Source: Longimicrobiales bacterium
GTDB taxonomy: Bacteria > Gemmatimonadota > Gemmatimonadetes > Longimicrobiales > Gaopeijiaceae
Assembly (NCBI GenBank): GCA_965203485.1
Contig: OZ241892.1
Coordinates: forward strand, 480,001 to 544,000
Length of the DNA stretch: 64,000 bases
Direction: 5' to 3'
The notes beneath the pieces were generated by a model. The model made no database searches and was not told the DNA's origin. It saw only the letters and a list, made by a program, of their open reading frames with translations. Position numbers and translations under genes: made by a program. This document shows, in pieces, positions 57,238 to 64,000 of the stretch (its first letter is position 1; the number at the start of each line of letters is the position of its first letter).

Positions 57238-57800
57238 GCGCGGCGCCGATCCGCGCGTCCCAAGCGGACGCCGTGGGCTCTTGGTACGCGGTGCAGACCC
57301 AAGCCCGGCACGAGAACCGCGTCTGCCAGCTCATCCAGCAGGAGATCGACAAGGACGCCGCGCCCGACCGCGAGATCCGCGAAGTCATGGTGCCGACCCA
57401 CGAAGTGGTCGAGATCCGCAAGGGCAAGCGCGTGCCGGTCGTCCGGCCCCTCTATCCCGGCTACCTGCTGGTGCGGATGGTCCTCAACGACCGGACGGAG
57501 CACCGGCTCTCCGCCCTCAAGGGCGTGCGCCTGGTGCGCCAAGGCCAGGCCGTGCACCCGCTGCGCGAAGAGGAAGTCAACAAGATCATGGGCATCGAGA
57601 CGGAAGAGGAGGCGCCGGCCCGGGAGGAAATCCCGTTCCGCGTTGGCCAAGTCGTCGAGATCGTCCATGGGCCGTTCGCCGACTTCTCGGGATCGGTCCA
57701 GGAGGTGTACTCGGACAAGGGCAAGGTGAAGGTCGAGGTTTCCCTCTTCGGCCGTCCCACGTCCGTCGAGCTCGACTTCACCCAGCTCAAGGGCTTGTAG
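57234..57800 (+). CDS. nusG: Transcription termination/antitermination factor NusG
   Basis: [36 protein letters not shown]. Confidence 0.96.
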   Translation: MSAAPIRASQADAVGSWYAVQTQARHENRVCQLIQQEIDKDAAPDREIREVMVPTHEVVEIRKGKRVPVVRPLYPGYLLVRMVLNDRTEHRLSALKGVRLVRQGQAVHPLREEEVNKIMGIETEEEAPAREEIPFRVGQVVEIVHGPFADFSGSVQEVYSDKGKVKVEVSLFGRPTSVELDFTQLKGL

Positions 57801-57823
57801 AGGAGCCCCGGAGGCGCCGGCGC

Positions 57824-58270
57824 ATGGCCAAGACCAAGACCAAGAAGATCCTAGGCTTCGCCAAGTTGCAGATCCCGGCGGGCCAGGCCAATCCGGCCCC
57901 CCCGGTGGGTCCCGCGCTCGGCCAGCACGGCGTCAACATCATGGACTTCTGCAAGCAGTTCAACTCGCGGACGCAGAAGCAGGCCGGCACGCTGGTGCCC
58001 GTCGAGATCACGGTCTACGCCGACCGGACCTTCTCCTTCGTCACCAAGACGCCGCCCGCATCCTTCCTCATAACGAAGGCCGCGGGCGTGGACAAGGGAT
58101 CCGGCGAGCCGCACGCGCAGAAGGTGGGCACGCTCACCCCGCAGCAGGTGCGGGAGATCGCCGAAGCGAAGATGCCCGATCTCAACACGACCGATGTCCT
58201 CGCCGCCATGCGGATGATCAAGGGCACCGCCCGTTCGATGGGCATCGAAGTCGTCGGCGAGCTGGCCTGA
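57824..58270 (+). CDS. rplK: 50S ribosomal protein L11
   Basis: [31 protein letters not shown]. Confidence 0.98.
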   Translation: MAKTKTKKILGFAKLQIPAGQANPAPPVGPALGQHGVNIMDFCKQFNSRTQKQAGTLVPVEITVYADRTFSFVTKTPPASFLITKAAGVDKGSGEPHAQKVGTLTPQQVREIAEAKMPDLNTTDVLAAMRMIKGTARSMGIEVVGELA

Positions 58271-58292
58271 CCGGCGCCGAACGGAGATCGGA

Positions 58293-58988
58293 ATGGCAAG
58301 ACGCGGAAAGAAGATCGCCGGCGCGCGCGACGCCTTCGACCGGCAGTCCCGCTACGCCCCCGCCGAAGCGCTCGACAAGGTCAAGCAGCTGGCCTTCGCC
58401 GGCTTCGACGAGAGCGTCGACGTCGTCGCCCACTTGGGCGTGGACCCCCGCAAGGCCGACCAGATGGTGCGCGGCACCGTGGTCCTGCCGCACGGCACCG
58501 GCAGGACTGTGCGCGTGCTGGTCGTGTGCCAGGGCGAGAAGGAGGCCGAGGCCGAGGAGGCGGGCGCCGACTACGTGGGCGTCGAGCACGCGGACCGCAT
58601 CAAGGACGGCTGGCTCGACTTCGACGTGTGCATCGCAACGCCCGACCTCATGCAGAAGGTCGGGCCGCTGGGCCGCATCCTGGGCCCCCGCGGCCTCATG
58701 CCCACGCCCAAGGCCGGAACGGTCACCTTCGACGTGGCGCAGGCGGTCAAGGACGTGAAGGGCGGCAAGATCGAATACCGCGTGGACCGAACGGGGAACC
58801 TCCATGCGGCGATCGGCAAGGTGTCGTTCGCGCCCGCGGCGCTTCGGGAGAACCTCGACGCTTTCATGTCGTCCGTGCTGCGCGCCAAGCCCGCGGCTGC
58901 GAAGGGGGCCTACCTGAAGAGCGTGACGGTCTCGAGCACCATGGGGCCGGGCGTCGCGGTGGACCCCAACAGCTTCGCGAGGTCCTGA
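58293..58988 (+). CDS. rplA: 50S ribosomal protein L1
   Basis: LGVDPRKADQMVRG, LGPRGLMPTPKAGTV, SSTMGPG. Confidence 0.98.
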   Translation: MARRGKKIAGARDAFDRQSRYAPAEALDKVKQLAFAGFDESVDVVAHLGVDPRKADQMVRGTVVLPHGTGRTVRVLVVCQGEKEAEAEEAGADYVGVEHADRIKDGWLDFDVCIATPDLMQKVGPLGRILGPRGLMPTPKAGTVTFDVAQAVKDVKGGKIEYRVDRTGNLHAAIGKVSFAPAALRENLDAFMSSVLRAKPAAAKGAYLKSVTVSSTMGPGVAVDPNSFARS

Positions 58989-58991
58989 CCC

Positions 58992-59525
58992 GTGGACAGG
59001 CAACGAAAGGAAGCGTTCGTCGCCGGCTTTCGCGACAAGGCGGCCCGGTCGAGCGCCATGTACCTGACGGACTTCACCGGGCTCGACGTGAAGGCCATGA
59101 CGGACCTGCGCAACCGGCTCAAGGGCGCGGGCGCCGAGTACTTGGTCGTCAAGAACCGCTTGGTCAAGCGCGCGTTCGACGACGCGGGCATGACGGCCAT
59201 GGCCGGCGTGCTCACCGGGCCCACAGGCGTGATCTTCAGCTCCAACGGCGTGGTCGAAGCCGCCAAGACGGTGGCCGACTTCGCGAAGGAGCACGACGGC
59301 AAGCCGGTCATGAAGGCGGGCTGGCTGGAAGGGAAGGCGCTGCAGCCGGGCGACGTGGCGCGCCTCGCGGAGTTGCCGTCGCGCGACGGACTGCTGGCGA
59401 TCCTGGCCGGCGCCCTGGCCGGTCCGACGGCCGCGCTGGCGAGCGCGATGGAAGCCAAGGCGAGGGAAGCGGCGGGCCTCTTGGAGGCGTTGCGCGACCA
59501 GAGGAGCCAAGAAGGCGAAGGATGA
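58992..59525 (+). CDS. rplJ: 50S ribosomal protein L10
   Basis: DFTGL, VVKNRL, LTGPT, LAELPSR; synteny. Confidence 0.95.
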   Translation: MDRQRKEAFVAGFRDKAARSSAMYLTDFTGLDVKAMTDLRNRLKGAGAEYLVVKNRLVKRAFDDAGMTAMAGVLTGPTGVIFSSNGVVEAAKTVADFAKEHDGKPVMKAGWLEGKALQPGDVARLAELPSRDGLLAILAGALAGPTAALASAMEAKAREAAGLLEALRDQRSQEGEG

Positions 59526-59580
59526 CGAGAAGGCGAAGCACGACCAACCCAAGGGCGGAGGCCCAGGAGGAAGAAACACG

Positions 59581-59961
59581 ATGGCTGTGAACCAAGAGGA
59601 ACTGCTCGAGACCATCGGTGGCATGACCGTCCTCGAGCTCTCCGAGTTCGTCGAGGCGTTCAAGGACAAGTTCAACGTCACGGCGGTCGCGGCGCCGGTG
59701 GCGGCGATGCCCGGCGCGGGCGGTCCCGCCGAGGCGGCCGAGGAGGAAAAGGACGAGTTCGAGGTCGTCCTCGAGAGCTTCGGCGACAAGAAGATTCAGG
59801 TCATCAAGGTCATCCGCGAGATCACGGGACTTGGCCTGAAGGAGGCCAAGAGCCTGGTCGACGGAGCGCCGAACCCGATCAAGGAAGCCGCGCCGAAGGA
59901 CGAGGCGGACGAGATCAAGTCCAAACTGGAGGCCGTCGGCGCCAGCGTAGCCGTCAAGTAG
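59581..59961 (+). CDS. rplL: 50S ribosomal protein L7/L12
   Basis: [36 protein letters not shown]. Confidence 0.98.
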   Translation: MAVNQEELLETIGGMTVLELSEFVEAFKDKFNVTAVAAPVAAMPGAGGPAEAAEEEKDEFEVVLESFGDKKIQVIKVIREITGLGLKEAKSLVDGAPNPIKEAAPKDEADEIKSKLEAVGASVAVK

Positions 59962-60146
59962 GTGGCTCGCCGTCGCCCTCTCCGCGGGACCCCGCTTCTC
60001 GGCGCGCCACGGCCGGTCGCGCCGCCTTCGCCCGTCGCTCTCGGTCGGCGAGCCGCGTTCGCTTGCGCGACGGCATCGCTTCGCGCAGGCGATTCGCGGC
60101 GCCCGGCCCCGCGCGCTTGTTCTCAATGACGACTAGGGACACTGCA

Positions 60147-64000
<3,854 letters not shown>

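Overview
High-GC bacterial chromosome segment. The gene content (MoxR/DUF58/BatA/DUF4175 locus, SusC/SusD, choice-of-anchor B, long RpoB insertion) suggests a Gemmatimonadota-like organism; this is inference. Three parts: (1) 1-25 kb, + strand envelope genes: a MoxR-vWA locus interrupted by vsr plus a membrane glycosyltransferase and by a PKD/SdrD-B/S1-protease plus an orphan SusD-like gene, then namZ, an amidohydrolase, choice-of-anchor B and msrPQ. (2) About 25-41.6 kb, a defence-rich accessory region: ABC ATPase with an internally deleted DUF4276 partner, a Type I R-M system, an Rpn nuclease, DUF1828/1829, and a TIGR04255-like/small protein/ART-like triad. (3) 42-64 kb, core genes: M14 peptidase, queG, GT2, tRNA-Asn, susCD, ychF, tRNA-Tyr/Gly/Thr, tuf-secE-nusG-rplKAJL and partial rpoB. 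Most notable is the Type I R-M locus: HsdM carries a C-terminal PIN (VapC-like) domain, is followed by a small antitoxin-like gene, and a diverged duplicate of that gene is fused to the N-terminus of HsdS. This is a candidate toxin-guarded R-M complex. Family names come from motif recognition by eye, not from database searches.
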